A stretch of 64,000 bases of DNA from Acidobacteriota bacterium (GCA_965217775.1 CBDCJH010000002.1:4352001-4416000); one strand, 5' to 3'; positions 27,901 through 39,293 are shown, counted from the first letter of the stretch. The notes: generated by a model from the letters alone, not told the origin. A program made the numbers and translations.

Positions 27901-29679
27901 ATGCGCCACCTGATCATTGGCCTGTTCCTCTTGGCGCCCGGCGGGATCTTGGCGGAGGACCGTCCCAACGTCATCCTGATCCTGACCGACGACCAGGGCT
28001 ACGGCGACCTGGGCAGTCAGGGCAATCCCTTCATTCAAACGCCCCACCTCGACCGGCTCTACGCGGAGAGCGTTCGCCTCACGGATTTCCATGTCGATCC
28101 GGTCTGCACGCCGACCCGGGCGGCCTTGTTGACCGGGCGTTACTCCGTTCGCACCGGCGCCTGGCGGACGGGGGCCGGGCGGGCCTTCCTGCGGCGGGAC
28201 GAGGTCACCCTTGCCGATGTCTTTCGAGCGGCAGGCTATCGCACCGGCATGTTCGGGAAATGGCACCTCGGCGACAATTTTCCCTACCGGCCACATGATC
28301 GTGGCTTCCAGGAGGCAGTGTGGCACCGCCACGGCGCGATCGGAATGTCGGGGGATGCCTGGGGGAACGACTACTCCGACGATATCTACCAGCGGAATGG
28401 GGAGCGCGAACAGTTCACCGGATACTGCACCGACATCTTCTTCGACGAAGCCTTCAAATTTATTGAGGTGAACCGGGACAGGCCCTTCTTCGTGTACCTG
28501 TCGACCAACGCACCGCACAATCCTTACATCGTGCCGGATCAGTATTCCGCGCCTTATCGGAGGATGGGACTGTCTGCCCCGCTGGCCAACTTCATGGGGA
28601 TGGTCACCAACATCGACGAGAACGTGGGCCGGTTAGTGAGAAAACTGAAGGAGTGGGATCTGGAAGACAACACCATCCTGATCTTCATGACCGATAACGG
28701 CGCCCTCGGCGGCATCCGAATGGAAAAGGGAGACTCAGACGGTTTTCCGCTCAAGCCATGGAACCGCTTCGGGGCCAACATGCGCGGACGAAAGGGGTCG
28801 CCTTACGAAGGCGGCCACCGGGTCCCCTTTTTCATACGCTGGCCGCAGGGCGGGCTGGGCGGAGGTAAGGATGTCGCGGGGCTGACGTCTCACATCGACC
28901 TGATGCCGACGCTGATGGAGTTCTGCGGCGTGGAGACTCCCTCGCCGGTAGAAATCGACGGCATCAGCCTGGCGCCGCTTCTCCGCGGACAGGCCTCGGC
29001 CAGGGAACGGACGCTGTTCGTCGCGCACCTGGGCGGCAGCTACGCCAATCCAACTTTCGAATTGCTCCCCTACGACATCTCCGCCGTCTTGACGTCCCGC
29101 TGGCGCCTGGTCTTTGGCAAGGAGCTGTACGACATCACTCGCGACCCCATGCAGAGAAGGGATGTTGCCGATCAGCATCCGGAGGTTGTGAGGGTATTAA
29201 GGAAGAAACACGATCGCTGGTTTTCCGACGTCACCCGGCTGATTGCCGAACCCTGCCGGATCGTGCTGGGCGACCCGGCGGAAAACCCCGTCCACCTGAA
29301 TCTGCAGGACTGGTACATGTCGAAAGGGAATGCTCCCTGGTATCAGAGGCCTTTCGGGCCGTATGCGCACGTAAGCAGCACACCAGCACCCTATGTGAAC
29401 GGCAAATGGATGGTGGAGGTCGCACGATCCGGCCGCTTTGAGATCACGTTCCGGCAACTTCCGAAGGAAGCGGCCTTTGCGATTCAGGCCGTCGAGGCTC
29501 GGATCAAGGTCGGCCAGGTGGACAAGACCAGGGCGGTCCCCGATGGAGCCACGGCCGTGAAGTTTGCGGTGGAGCTCAGCGCCGGGCCGCAGTCCTTGCA
29601 GACGTGGTTCACCCAGGCCGGCGGCAAATCCCGCGGAGCCTTTTACGTCGAGGTCCGACGGGTGGATGAAGTGGGCTGA
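27901..29679 (+). CDS. Arylsulfatase
   Basis: PNVILILTDDQG, CTPTR formylglycine motif, GKWHLG, TDNG, GGHRVP. Confidence 0.93.
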   Translation: MRHLIIGLFLLAPGGILAEDRPNVILILTDDQGYGDLGSQGNPFIQTPHLDRLYAESVRLTDFHVDPVCTPTRAALLTGRYSVRTGAWRTGAGRAFLRRDEVTLADVFRAAGYRTGMFGKWHLGDNFPYRPHDRGFQEAVWHRHGAIGMSGDAWGNDYSDDIYQRNGEREQFTGYCTDIFFDEAFKFIEVNRDRPFFVYLSTNAPHNPYIVPDQYSAPYRRMGLSAPLANFMGMVTNIDENVGRLVRKLKEWDLEDNTILIFMTDNGALGGIRMEKGDSDGFPLKPWNRFGANMRGRKGSPYEGGHRVPFFIRWPQGGLGGGKDVAGLTSHIDLMPTLMEFCGVETPSPVEIDGISLAPLLRGQASARERTLFVAHLGGSYANPTFELLPYDISAVLTSRWRLVFGKELYDITRDPMQRRDVADQHPEVVRVLRKKHDRWFSDVTRLIAEPCRIVLGDPAENPVHLNLQDWYMSKGNAPWYQRPFGPYAHVSSTPAPYVNGKWMVEVARSGRFEITFRQLPKEAAFAIQAVEARIKVGQVDKTRAVPDGATAVKFAVELSAGPQSLQTWFTQAGGKSRGAFYVEVRRVDEVG

Positions 29680-29746
29680 CGTGGCTTTCGTCGTCAGAAA
29701 TTAGAAATTGTTCCCTGAGAAGGGGACAGTCACGTTCTCGCCCCGT

Positions 29747-31747
29747 TCAGGACACCCCCGCGCCCAGCAGGAAATCGATCTCATCACTCAGCTTCCGGGT
29801 CAGGTCCACCTCTGAATCGAACCCCACATGGCGGTACTGAATCCGGCCCTCCCGGCCGATGAGTACGATCGTCGGTATCGCGGACACTCCGAAATCATCG
29901 TCGACCTTGCCATCTCTGGCGACCGGAAAATCGTATTCGTTCTTCTTCATGAACCTGCGGACCACGTCCTCATCCTCGTCCACGCTGACGGCGAGAAAAA
30001 CGACTTCAGGCCGGTCCGACCACCGATCGACCGTCGCCTGGAACTGGGGCAGTTCCTCGACACACGGTCCGCACCACGTCGCCCAGAAATCGAGGACCAC
30101 GACCTTTCCCTTGAGATCCGCCGATCTGACGCTTTCGCCTCCCAGAGTCTCCAGATTGAATTCCGGTGCCTCGCCCGAGGAAAGCCCGCGCGCCCGCAGT
30201 ATTGCCTCGTCCAGACTGAGCGCGGTTGGAGCGCCAACAGCCACGCTCCCTTCGGTCTTGGCCTGAGTCACGTGGTCCAGGACATACTGGTTCAGACCGT
30301 CAATCGAACCGTGCACCTTTGCGAACAGGGATTCCAGGGGTTCCCGCGCAGGATCGTGCAGATAGTCAATCAGGGAACTCGCGTAGTGCTTCAGTGCCTC
30401 CTGGTGCTGCCCGGTGACTTCGTACGCGGCGGCAAGTTCAAGATGGATCAGGTCCCCCGCTCGATCCCACACGCCTACCACGGGCAGAAGCACGGCGATT
30501 GCCTCCTGGTGTCTCCGATTCTTGTTGAGCACCTTGCCCAACTCGTAGGAAACCCCGGTTCGCACTTGTCCCCCCACTTCTTCCAACAGCTCACGGCTCG
30601 GCTCACTGCTGGTGAATAGAACGGTCCCGTGGACACTGTCCGGGTTCGCAAAAACGAGGGCTCGTTCAAGGAACCGGATGGCACGCTCCGTCTGCCCCTC
30701 CTTCGCGTAGCGGACTGCGACTTGCGTATATGCCATCGGATTCGGATATCCCGATTCCAGGAGTTCCTGCACAAGTTCCTCTTCCTTCCGAACCTCTCCG
30801 GACTTCCAATAGAGATCGAACAACGCTTGGTAGGCATAATTCTTGAGCCTCTTGTCATCCGGGATTTCTTCTTTCTCCAGGCACTCCCGGGCGAGGGCTT
30901 CCGTCTTCTCCGGATCCGTTTCCACATAGTGTTTCAAGAGGTAATCGTAGACGTGCACAATATTGGGACCCGTGGGGTAATCTTCGATGAAGCGATTCCA
31001 GAGCCGGACCTTCTGGTCCTGGTCCTCCAGGGATTCCGCCATCTCGTACAGGGCAAGGCCCCCATTGCGGGGGTCGGATCTGAACCGCTCATAGATTTGC
31101 TGCAAGAGACTTGCGGCGTCGGTGTCCCGCTCAGCCTTCTCGTAGGCGCGCATGAGACCCCAATAACCGCGGGCGACGTCCGGCAACTCTGAGATCATCT
31201 TCCGATAGGCGGCAATTTCGTCCTCCCGCCGGCCCATGCGTCCGAAAGTTCGCGCCAGTCCCCGATGGCCCAGTTCACTCGTGGGCTCAAGGGCAAGGAC
31301 CCTCTGGTAGTTGGTCAATGCCTCGTCGAAGGACCGGCGGTCTTCCAGCAACTCACCCAGACCCAGGTAGCCCCAGGGGGAGCCGGGATCCAACACGATC
31401 GCCTTCTCGTAATGGGCCTGCTTCGCGTCGCCCGCGGCGACTTCGCCGAGCAGGTAGTGGAAGACGACACTGTCCGGATTCTCCTGGACGCGCCATTCGT
31501 ACTCTTGGCGCAGCAGTTCCTTGTCTTCCGTGAGGCGGATGATCTCGCGGTGCGCTTCGGTGAACTCCGGGTCGTGTTCGATTGCTTGCCTGCAAAGCTC
31601 CAAAATTCGATCGGCATCATCGCCCCGATCGAGAGACCTGGCCTCCCGATAGAGCCTGCGGGCCGTTTCCGGATCGGGAGCGGTAGGACCCGTGCAGGAT
31701 GAGCCGATGACAAGAAGAGAGCAGCAGAGAATCTGGATCAGTCTCAT
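29747..31747 (-). CDS. TPR lipoprotein with C-terminal TlpA-like redoxin domain
   Basis: Lipobox-like IGSSC; TPR helices; DFWATWCGPC, IPT. Confidence 0.88.
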   Translation of the reverse strand: MRLIQILCCSLLVIGSSCTGPTAPDPETARRLYREARSLDRGDDADRILELCRQAIEHDPEFTEAHREIIRLTEDKELLRQEYEWRVQENPDSVVFHYLLGEVAAGDAKQAHYEKAIVLDPGSPWGYLGLGELLEDRRSFDEALTNYQRVLALEPTSELGHRGLARTFGRMGRREDEIAAYRKMISELPDVARGYWGLMRAYEKAERDTDAASLLQQIYERFRSDPRNGGLALYEMAESLEDQDQKVRLWNRFIEDYPTGPNIVHVYDYLLKHYVETDPEKTEALARECLEKEEIPDDKRLKNYAYQALFDLYWKSGEVRKEEELVQELLESGYPNPMAYTQVAVRYAKEGQTERAIRFLERALVFANPDSVHGTVLFTSSEPSRELLEEVGGQVRTGVSYELGKVLNKNRRHQEAIAVLLPVVGVWDRAGDLIHLELAAAYEVTGQHQEALKHYASSLIDYLHDPAREPLESLFAKVHGSIDGLNQYVLDHVTQAKTEGSVAVGAPTALSLDEAILRARGLSSGEAPEFNLETLGGESVRSADLKGKVVVLDFWATWCGPCVEELPQFQATVDRWSDRPEVVFLAVSVDEDEDVVRRFMKKNEYDFPVARDGKVDDDFGVSAIPTIVLIGREGRIQYRHVGFDSEVDLTRKLSDEIDFLLGAGVS

Positions 31748-31972
31748 GGCAGACCTCCGTAGGCAGCCTGTTGCGCCAGTCCGGGGCAGGTGGGAACTGG
31801 CAAATAAGACGAATATGTCCAAGATAGCACCATGGAAGTGGGGGCGTAACCGGCCGGAGGACTGGAATTTCCCCATTTAATGGGGAGTCAGAGAACGATC
31901 AGATCTTGGTTGGAACGGGAATCGGTTCCAGTGAGAGAACCCAGTGACAGGCACAAAGACAGGACAAGCGTC

Positions 31973-32037
31973 AGGAGCGGGGGTTGTTAACCCCCGATTC
32001 AGGGGGGTGTAGCGGGGACTGGAAATCCCCCCTCCTG
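31973..32037. repeat. REP-like hairpin pair
   Basis: Matches 27791 unit plus GGGGACTGGAAATCCCCCCTCC. Confidence 0.75.
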
Positions 32038-32179
32038 TTCCGGCCCCTGGCCACCGAATAGAGAATTTAACTGTCCCCTATTTGTTCTGTTCCCCATTTC
32101 TTGACACTGGAACGCTTCGTGGCGAAGCTTCAACGCGCGGAGTAAAAAAGGTGACTGTCCTCTTCTCCTCCCTTGCCAA

Positions 32180-32638
32180 TCACAGAATGGTGTTCAAGTC
32201 GTCAAGAAGTACAATCCGGTCATCCAGCTCCTGGACTTGTTCGGCAAGACGTTTGGCTCTTGAAATCAGATCTTGTGCTGCCTTCCTGTCTCCTTGCAGC
32301 GCCTTCGCGCGTGCGCTCGCCTTGTAGCCATAGCCGACAAAGTAGGGAGGCAGATCGTTGGTCTCACCGACCTCGACACATCGCTGGGCGAAATATTCCG
32401 CGCGCTCCGGGAGTCCCGCCACGGCGTAGACGCGAGCCAGTTGCCAGCTCCCAATTGAGATGTTCAACGGTGTGTGATCCTCAACCTGATTCCAAGGCCA
32501 GAAGGAAGCATGGGAGACGTGAATCATCTCTTCAGCTTCCTTGGCGGTGAGCTCCGGTTTACGCAGATACTCCCACGTCTGGTTGAAGCAGGAAGCGGCC
32601 AATCTGCGGTGAGTCAGATTGTCTGATTGATTGTTCAT
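32180..32638 (-). CDS. Conserved hypothetical alpha-helical protein
   Basis: ATG 32638 with GGAG RBS; HRRLAASCFNQTW...WQLARVYA...ARA pattern. Confidence 0.65.
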   Translation of the reverse strand: MNNQSDNLTHRRLAASCFNQTWEYLRKPELTAKEAEEMIHVSHASFWPWNQVEDHTPLNISIGSWQLARVYAVAGLPERAEYFAQRCVEVGETNDLPPYFVGYGYKASARAKALQGDRKAAQDLISRAKRLAEQVQELDDRIVLLDDLNTIL

Positions 32639-32812
32639 GTCGTCTCCAATGCATGGGTGCAAGAACGTGTCTGTCCCCCTTCTCCTGCAGTGAAGATCGT
32701 GAATCTGACGCCACGACATTTGCTGGGTGAAACAATCATGCATCGTTGGATCTTTCCCACGTTCATTATCTCGGTCCGGTCACGGCAGCCAGGGGTGGCA
32801 GGTCGCGCTTGA

Positions 32813-32861
32813 GAATAAGCCGGAATAAACCGGAATAAGCCGGAATAAGCCGGAATAAGCC
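32813..32861. repeat. 10-bp tandem repeat (GAATAAGCCG) x about 5
   Basis: Directly visible. Confidence 0.85.
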
Positions 32862-32872
32862 AACCCACAGTT

Positions 32873-33709
32873 TTACAAGCGATTCCAGCGCGCTCCCCGA
32901 CCATGGCCCGTAGGTGTGATCAAACCTCGAGCCTTTAGAGTGGCGAGGTCTTCACGCAGTCGCCGCTTGTTGATTTGCGGTCCCAACTCGGCGAGGATCT
33001 CGCGCAGTGCCATGGCGCGATCCGCCTGATCGATTAGCGCAAGGATCTCCCGTTGCCGCTCGGTCAAAAGGGTCACCTTGACACGATCCGTTTGCGAGAG
33101 GGAAGCGGACCGTCACGCACCCTCCAGCGTTCTCGATCTCGGGAAGTGGCAGACCGGCAGAGGTCGTCAGCTCCGCCATCTTGAGAGTCCCGCGTCCCCA
33201 CTCCTCAATGATGCCTCACCGATAGAACGTACGGGCGATCAGTGGGTTCCACGGCAAGGATTCGTGCGGTGCGAACAGCTTTTCCGGGGTCAACCCGAAA
33301 TGCAAGGTGCCGGACGACGTCACCTCCAGGCGGTCATCAAGGCCAAGGTGGTGTTCCCAACCCGACGATACGCTATGCCTCGGTAAACGTACGGCCTTGC
33401 AGACCCGCGGCTTACGCGCACCACGACCACCTCACGGTCCCCCGCTATGGGAACCCGCTCGATCTCTGGAAAGGACGGCGGATCGATCCTTTGGATCTCG
33501 CCGCTCACGCCCTCAATCGTCCGGTCGCTCACTTGCTGTCCAGCCATGTCTCCATTGGGTGTGACACCGAACAGCACATACCCACCGCGTTGGTTGAGCA
33601 TGGCGCATACGGTTCGGGCTGCCTCACGGCGCTCTCCCGTCGTGCTCTTGAACTCCAGAGTCTGTGACTCGTGGGTGGAGACCAGCGCCGCAAGTCGCTC
33701 AGACGTCAT
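32873..33709 (-). pseudogene. AlbA_2/Schlafen + HATPase + wHTH (RecG-like regulator), deleted and frameshifted
   Basis: ESQTLEFK, CAMLNQRGG..LFGV; GLPLPEI; terminal wHTH GHGRGARW, in three frames. Confidence 0.8.
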
Positions 33710-34150
33710 CGGGCTTCCTCGACCACACGCATGGGATTATGGCGTATATCCACAAAATGGCTCTCATCTGCAACCATTCGTTCAGTGCGTCGAAGACCTT
33801 TTTGGAAGTGATCGAGTTCCTGCTCATTCCCTGATACGCACGTGAGTTTCATATACCCAAGTCTGCACCGACGATGTGTCAGCCGGGTAAATCCGTCTCG
33901 GGGCGCTCGAAGGCGCCAACTCCGAGCACAGGAAGCAGCGACAGCATTTCGGCCAGATAGCCGTCCATCACAGCTCGATCCGGGTCCGCCAACATGGGGC
34001 GTTGCGGATTTCTGAATCACCAATGGACGCGGATCGGTCATGTCCCCCGCCAAGGATGCGCGCCGGAAGATCCTCCGCCATCCGGTCAACCGCGACGATT
34101 CCTACCAGGAGCACTGCAGCACTCAAGAGATCCCGACTCGGCTTCCCACC

Positions 34151-34339
34151 CTATGACAAATTATTTTCCTTGCGTCGGCTCGCCAAACGCCGCAGAACCG
34201 GGTCCGTATATCGGTGCGCATGAAGCCAGTGATCAAGCTCGTCATGGGTCTTCCCCACGATCTCCGCGCTGACGCGATCCCGAATCTCCCGCATGGTCTT
34301 TACGCCATCGAATCCCCTCTTTTTCATTTTCTCAATCAT
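34151..34339 (-). CDS. Small protein, likely partner of a PIN toxin
   Basis: FDGVKTMREIRDRVSAEI; start overlaps the stop of a PIN remnant. Confidence 0.6.
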   Translation of the reverse strand: MIEKMKKRGFDGVKTMREIRDRVSAEIVGKTHDELDHWLHAHRYTDPVLRRLASRRKENNLS

Positions 34340-34412
34340 CGCATATCTCCCTCGGCGTCCGGATCTCGACTCCTGCCACCGTGGCAACGGCGATATGCAG
34401 GCCGTCGGCCAA
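34332..34412 (-). pseudogene. PIN toxin C-terminal remnant
   Basis: LADGLHIAVATVAGVEIRTPREICDD*. Confidence 0.55.
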
Positions 34413-34451
34413 CCCTCGTGAGCTGAGCGTAAGCAAAGCGAGAATTGCGGT

Positions 34452-35688
34452 CTAGCGATTCCAACGACGCTTGAGGTAGAGGGGCACAAGCGCCAACAAC
34501 ACGGCAACGCTCAGATGAATCCATGGTTCGATTTTCCTACTGTTGCCGCTATTCCTCACAATCAGCATGCGAACTTGACGTCTCGCTTGGACTAGCTCCA
34601 GGCCCAGGGTGCTCTTGATGGCATGAGCAATCGAAGAATGATCTTCAGGATCGAACTGTAGCTTGATGCGATAAGAACCATAGAGTCTTGTCTCATCGAG
34701 CACCGGCCGATCCAGCCTTGATGCGACCACGTGCGCAAGACTCTCGACGCTGGAGGCCTCGAGTTCTCCTCTGGACGCACGGGAGTAACTCCCCTGGACC
34801 GCCGGTAGAGGCTCGAGCTTCGTCTCAGGCGATTTCCGCAATACGTAAGCGTCCACCATCCGGTTTTCCCAGACCGCTTCGATTCCCAGGGCGGCCGAGA
34901 CGGCCTGTTGCATCATGGGTGCCAAGAGATCCTGTCTGCCAGCCGTGTTGATCACGACATCGTACTTCTGTTTGGGCAACTCGGCCTCGATCAAGAATTG
35001 GCCTGGTCGAGCATTGAATGCGACTGGGAGAATATGTTCCGGAAGAAAGGAAATGATTTTGATCTCGCTGTGGCTGCGGCTCATTCCGCTACGATCACTC
35101 GTGGACGGGCGGATGAGTACTTGAAAAACCGGTTCCGGCCCGTCATCTCCCACCGCGAGGAGGGTGCCCGTGGACTTCTCCGGGACATCGGGCCGCCGCC
35201 CGGCCAAAAGATCGAGCAGAACCGTCTTGGTCACGTGATGGGGTTGTGTGACCGCTTGGATGACACCCTCCTTGTCGACCAGCACGGTGGCCGGAATGCC
35301 CATCACGGCATAGTCCCGGAATACGGATCGATCAAGATCGAGCCCAACCCAACCGGCGATGGGTTGAGAATCCAAGAAGGGTTCAATGATGCTCTCTTCC
35401 TCGTCCGATATGGAGAGGAACCGAACCGGCTGATCCGAGAATTCCTCCGCTAGTTCGTTGAAGTGGGGAATGGCTCCGATAACACGGCCCGCACCAAGTG
35501 GCCCAGAACTCCAGGACCAGCGCCTGACCCTTGAGGGCTTTCCAGCTCAAATCATTGTCGACCGGACCCTTCAGCATCGTATCGATGGCGAGTTCTGGAG
35601 CTCGGTCGCCGATCTTCGGTGGCGCACCGAGCACCAAGGCCGCAGTCATCATTATGTTGGCGAGCGTCCCGATCGAGATTCTTGGCAT
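34452..35688 (-). pseudogene. TlpA redoxin + TIGR03435/DUF3738-like protein, frameshifted near 35481
   Basis: FWATWCGPC then one extra base before IGAIPHFNEL; C-terminal RPVLDETRLYGSY...LGLEL. Confidence 0.75.
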
Positions 35689-35794
35689 CGTACGGCCTCC
35701 GCTAGTTCGTCGAATTCCATAGTGTCAGGCAAAGCGAGAATGTGACTATCACCTTTTCCTGCTCCGTCCCCTTCTCCTGCCCTCTCGCCTGGCT

Positions 35795-37477
35795 TCAGTC
35801 GGCTTCGTTGCGGGGGGACAACACCAGTGCTTCGTAGGTCGTGGGTTCGGAAACTCGCTCCATGGTCACGCCGAAGTTCTCGCGCAAGTATTTGAGCGCC
35901 ACCTCCCAGCCATCGGAGAAATCGACGGAAATGTCCACCCTGTGGTGGAAGGGATTGGCCGCCGCCGCACCCTCCCATTTCATTTCGACTTCGTCGAGAA
36001 GCTCGTTGTAGCCCTTCGCTAGATCGTTGAGTGCCGCATTTGTGAGCATGGTTCGTATCGCGTTAAAAAGCGGGAGCCCTGTGCCGTGAAGGTTTTTCCC
36101 ATTGGTGCTAGATGATTCTTCCCGCGCAGCGCTGATCGGAAAATCGGTTCCGTCCTGGGTAAATATCCAGCGGGTCCTGGTTCCCTGCCGCTCCTTCAAA
36201 TCGGTGACAAAACCGAAGCGCTGGCCAAGCCGCTTCACCCGCTTCAAGGGGTCCACAGTGATTCGGAGGGCAATTCGCGCCGAGTAGCGCCGTTTAGACA
36301 ACACCGAATCTGAAGTCTCCACCGGCATGTCTCCGAGAGTCTGTGCGATCTCGATCAACGGCGTACGGTGAAATTCGTACCGCACGATCCCGCCGCTCGC
36401 ATTCGACGACATACTTTGAACTCCCTTTGTCGGGTCATTCCAAGGGGGATGAACCACGATTTCCATCCCCTCCAGCGGCATGTAAAAGACACGGTTGTGC
36501 CAACGCCCAAATGGAGCCGACGCTCTGGCGAACGGGTCTGCTCTCAACACATCCTTGGGAGCCGGCTGGACGGCATCATCGGCCACCTCAAAGAACTCGT
36601 CAGCAAGCGGTACATTGTAGTTCCGATATCTCAATTCGTTGACTAGCTCCCATTCCTGCTGGCCCCCGTCCAAATAAACGCGGGAGTGGTTGGGCAATCG
36701 CGTCTGCGCGTCGACTTCGATTTCAAATCGGATGTCCGACGGTGTCTTCCTGCCCAACGAGGAGCTTCGCCAGATTGAAAAAAGAACTGTCTGTCTCCGT
36801 TCCTCCCGATCGATCTGATACGACAACCCCTCAAGTTGCTCGCGCCCGGGCAGGACCAGATTCTTGCTGACCTTATCCACGGACCAAGCGCCTGGCCAGG
36901 GGAGGTTCTTCCGGTACCAGGCACCCTCAATGTTCATGTACACGGACTTGTCATCGGACAGAACCACCTGCCGGGCGGGGCCGGTACCGACCTCGGCGCG
37001 GAAATAGTGAGGGGCCTGGAACCAGTGCTTCACCGGCACCCGCTCTCCCCTTTCCCCGCGGAACCAGCCCTCCGTGCGCACCGAAGAGAGTTTGCGCACT
37101 TCCTCGACCACCTGCGCCCACGCCAGCGTGGATGTTCCGCGCCAAAGTACGCCGAGAAACAGGCCGGCCAGTGCGATAGCAAGCGCCGACATCCAGGCCG
37201 GTCGCGGCAACGCCAGCCAAAATCCCGACTGTCGCGGCTGCTCATGCTCCGAGCGAATTGCCTTCAGGGTGCTGGCACGGGCCGCAGCCAGGAGTTGGGC
37301 GGGTGGCTCCGACGCGCTGATGTCGGCACTCAGTTCCAGGATCGTGCGTGCTGCCTCGACGTCGCCGGCCGTTTCGGGGTGAGCAGCCAGATAGTCATCG
37401 AATTCCCGCGCGACCGCATTCGGCAACTCGCCCCGCACGTAGTCGGTCAATCTTCTCTCAAAATCGATTCTGTCCAT
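35795..37477 (-). CDS. Putative anti-sigma factor with TM helix and LolA-like periplasmic region
   Basis: LTDYVRGEL N-terminus, TM, LAWAQVVE; directly downstream of ECF sigma. Confidence 0.65.
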   Translation of the reverse strand: MDRIDFERRLTDYVRGELPNAVAREFDDYLAAHPETAGDVEAARTILELSADISASEPPAQLLAAARASTLKAIRSEHEQPRQSGFWLALPRPAWMSALAIALAGLFLGVLWRGTSTLAWAQVVEEVRKLSSVRTEGWFRGERGERVPVKHWFQAPHYFRAEVGTGPARQVVLSDDKSVYMNIEGAWYRKNLPWPGAWSVDKVSKNLVLPGREQLEGLSYQIDREERRQTVLFSIWRSSSLGRKTPSDIRFEIEVDAQTRLPNHSRVYLDGGQQEWELVNELRYRNYNVPLADEFFEVADDAVQPAPKDVLRADPFARASAPFGRWHNRVFYMPLEGMEIVVHPPWNDPTKGVQSMSSNASGGIVRYEFHRTPLIEIAQTLGDMPVETSDSVLSKRRYSARIALRITVDPLKRVKRLGQRFGFVTDLKERQGTRTRWIFTQDGTDFPISAAREESSSTNGKNLHGTGLPLFNAIRTMLTNAALNDLAKGYNELLDEVEMKWEGAAAANPFHHRVDISVDFSDGWEVALKYLRENFGVTMERVSEPTTYEALVLSPRNEAD

Positions 37478-37490
37478 TGCTCTTGTCCTT

Positions 37491-37991
37491 TCAGCCCGTG
37501 CCCATCGAAGCCCGGATTTTCTTCAGTGCCTTGTACTCGCTGGACCTTGCCGAACCCGCGCTGCACCCCAGTTGCGCGGCAATTTCGGCGTAGGTCCATC
37601 CCTCAAAGTTGCGCAGAGCAAAGACGGTGCGCTGGCGCTCGGGCAAATCGGCTGCCAAGTCGCGTACCCGGTCCATGAGCAAGCGACGCTCTACGTCCAT
37701 GTCGACGTTGGCTTCCACCGCGGAATGCTCTTCAATGCCAACCGTCACTCGTTGCCGGCGCCGTGCGTTGAAGGCGACGTTCGTCGCCACTCGACAGAGC
37801 CAAGCCTTGGGATAGGCGATCACCTCGCCGCGTGTGCAAGCGGCATGGAAGCGGAGAAAGGTCTCCTGGAAGATCTCCTGAGCCTGGTCGGCGTTAGGGA
37901 CAATCTTGTAGGCGACCTTGAGGACTAGCCGTCCATAATCGTCTATGGCCTTGGCGCTGATGTCGGCCGATCTCTTTGCGAATACCTTCAT
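37491..37991 (-). CDS. ECF RNA polymerase sigma factor
   Basis: AQEIFQETF, AWLCRVATN, LPERQRTVFAL, YAEIA. Confidence 0.9.
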   Translation of the reverse strand: MKVFAKRSADISAKAIDDYGRLVLKVAYKIVPNADQAQEIFQETFLRFHAACTRGEVIAYPKAWLCRVATNVAFNARRRQRVTVGIEEHSAVEANVDMDVERRLLMDRVRDLAADLPERQRTVFALRNFEGWTYAEIAAQLGCSAGSARSSEYKALKKIRASMGTG

Positions 37992-38243
37992 TTCGTTTGG
38001 CCGCCGGGAGTACATCGAACCGGATCGTGCTCGCCAGCGTCTTCTCCCTATATGACCCGCGAACCGCAATTTTGTGAACCCACAAAATCCTTCTGGACCG
38101 CAAAGCATGGTTTGTCGGAGAGAGATGAACGTGACTGCCCCCTATTCCTGGGCGCGGATGGACCTACTTGGAGCACCCGGCGTGGAGGCGCGCGACAAGT
38201 AGTAGGGATTACAGACTGGGCACTGATAGGTTACACTTTACAA

Positions 38244-38522
38244 GTGATTGTCCGCTTCCGGCACAAGGGTCTCCAGCTTCTCTTCGAGAAAGGGGATCGA
38301 CAGCGGGTGGCGCCAGCGTACGTTGCCAAGGTGGAGCGTATCTTGGCACGTCTGGACGAGGCGACGGCTCCCACCGGCATGGATCTGCCGGGATTCCGGC
38401 TGCATCCTCTGAAAGGCGATCTTGCCGGTTATTGGGCGGTTACCGTGTCCGGCAACTGGCGCATCGTCTTTCGCTTCGCGGGCACGGATGCCACTGACGT
38501 GGACTTGATCGATTACCACTGA
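38244..38522 (+). CDS. higB: HigB toxin
   Basis: FRHKGL...LHPLKG...[11 protein letters not shown]...DYH. Confidence 0.92.
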   Translation: MIVRFRHKGLQLLFEKGDRQRVAPAYVAKVERILARLDEATAPTGMDLPGFRLHPLKGDLAGYWAVTVSGNWRIVFRFAGTDATDVDLIDYH

Positions 38523-38536
38523 AGGAGAACCATGAC

Positions 38537-38827
38537 ATGCCGATGAAAAAACCACCCCACCCCGGTTTTTCCGTCCGTCACGATTGCCTGGAACCTTTAG
38601 GACTGAGCGTGACGGAAGCTGCAAGGAAGCTCGGGGTCAGCCGCAAGCAGATGTCCGATGTGGTCAATGGCCATTCGGGGATCTCACCGGAGATGGCGAT
38701 CCGCCTTGACAAAGCCTTCGGTGGAGGCGCGAACACGTGGTACCGATTGCAGGCGGCCTACGACTTGGCGCAGGCGATGAAGAAAGCCGATCAGATCAAA
38801 GTGGAGCGGCTGTCGACGGTCGCATAG
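38537..38827 (+). CDS. higA: HigA antitoxin
   Basis: PPHPG...ISPEMAIRL...LQAAYDL. Confidence 0.92.
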   Translation: MPMKKPPHPGFSVRHDCLEPLGLSVTEAARKLGVSRKQMSDVVNGHSGISPEMAIRLDKAFGGGANTWYRLQAAYDLAQAMKKADQIKVERLSTVA

Positions 38828-38925
38828 CCCGCATTCCTCACCGGGGGACGCGATAATCGCACAGGATTTGTCCCCTCAGGAACGAATAGAGAAGGTAATT
38901 GTCCCCTTTTCCCGCGCACAAATAG

Positions 38926-38988
38926 TGGATCACGTTTGAAGAACAGGACGGATACATCGACCTCTTGAACTTGGAGAATTACCACTGA
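38926..38988 (+). pseudogene. HigB C-terminal remnant
   Basis: WITFEEQDGYIDLLNLENYH*, stop overlaps next higA start; begins just after the junction motif at 38895. Confidence 0.7.
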
Positions 38989-39293
38989 TGGCGACCAATG
39001 GGATCAAAGTGAACATGACCCCTTCCCATCCGGGCGACTTCATCCGTACGGGCGTCATCGAGGAGTTGGGTCTGACCGTGATGAAGGTGGCCCAGATCCT
39101 GGGAGTTCGCCGGGCAACGCTTTCGGATCTGCTGAACGGCAAGGCTGCGCTGTCGCCGGAGATGGCCTTACGCATCGAAAAGGCTTTTGGCGTGAGCATG
39201 GATATGCTGCTGCGGATGCAGGCCTGGTACGACGCCTCGCAGATGCGGGCCCGTGCAAGTGAGATCACCGTCCAGCGATACGTGCCCGCCTGA
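38988..39293 (+). CDS. higA: HigA antitoxin, second copy
   Basis: PSHPG...LSPEMALRIEKAFG...MQAWYD. Confidence 0.9.
   Translation: MATNGIKVNMTPSHPGDFIRTGVIEELGLTVMKVAQILGVRRATLSDLLNGKAALSPEMALRIEKAFGVSMDMLLRMQAWYDASQMRARASEITVQRYVPA

Noticed and set aside
33706-34089. Possible RAYT transposase remnant (DIRHNP)
   Set aside because: No HUH motif or convincing WQ/YxxNP alignment; cannot support.
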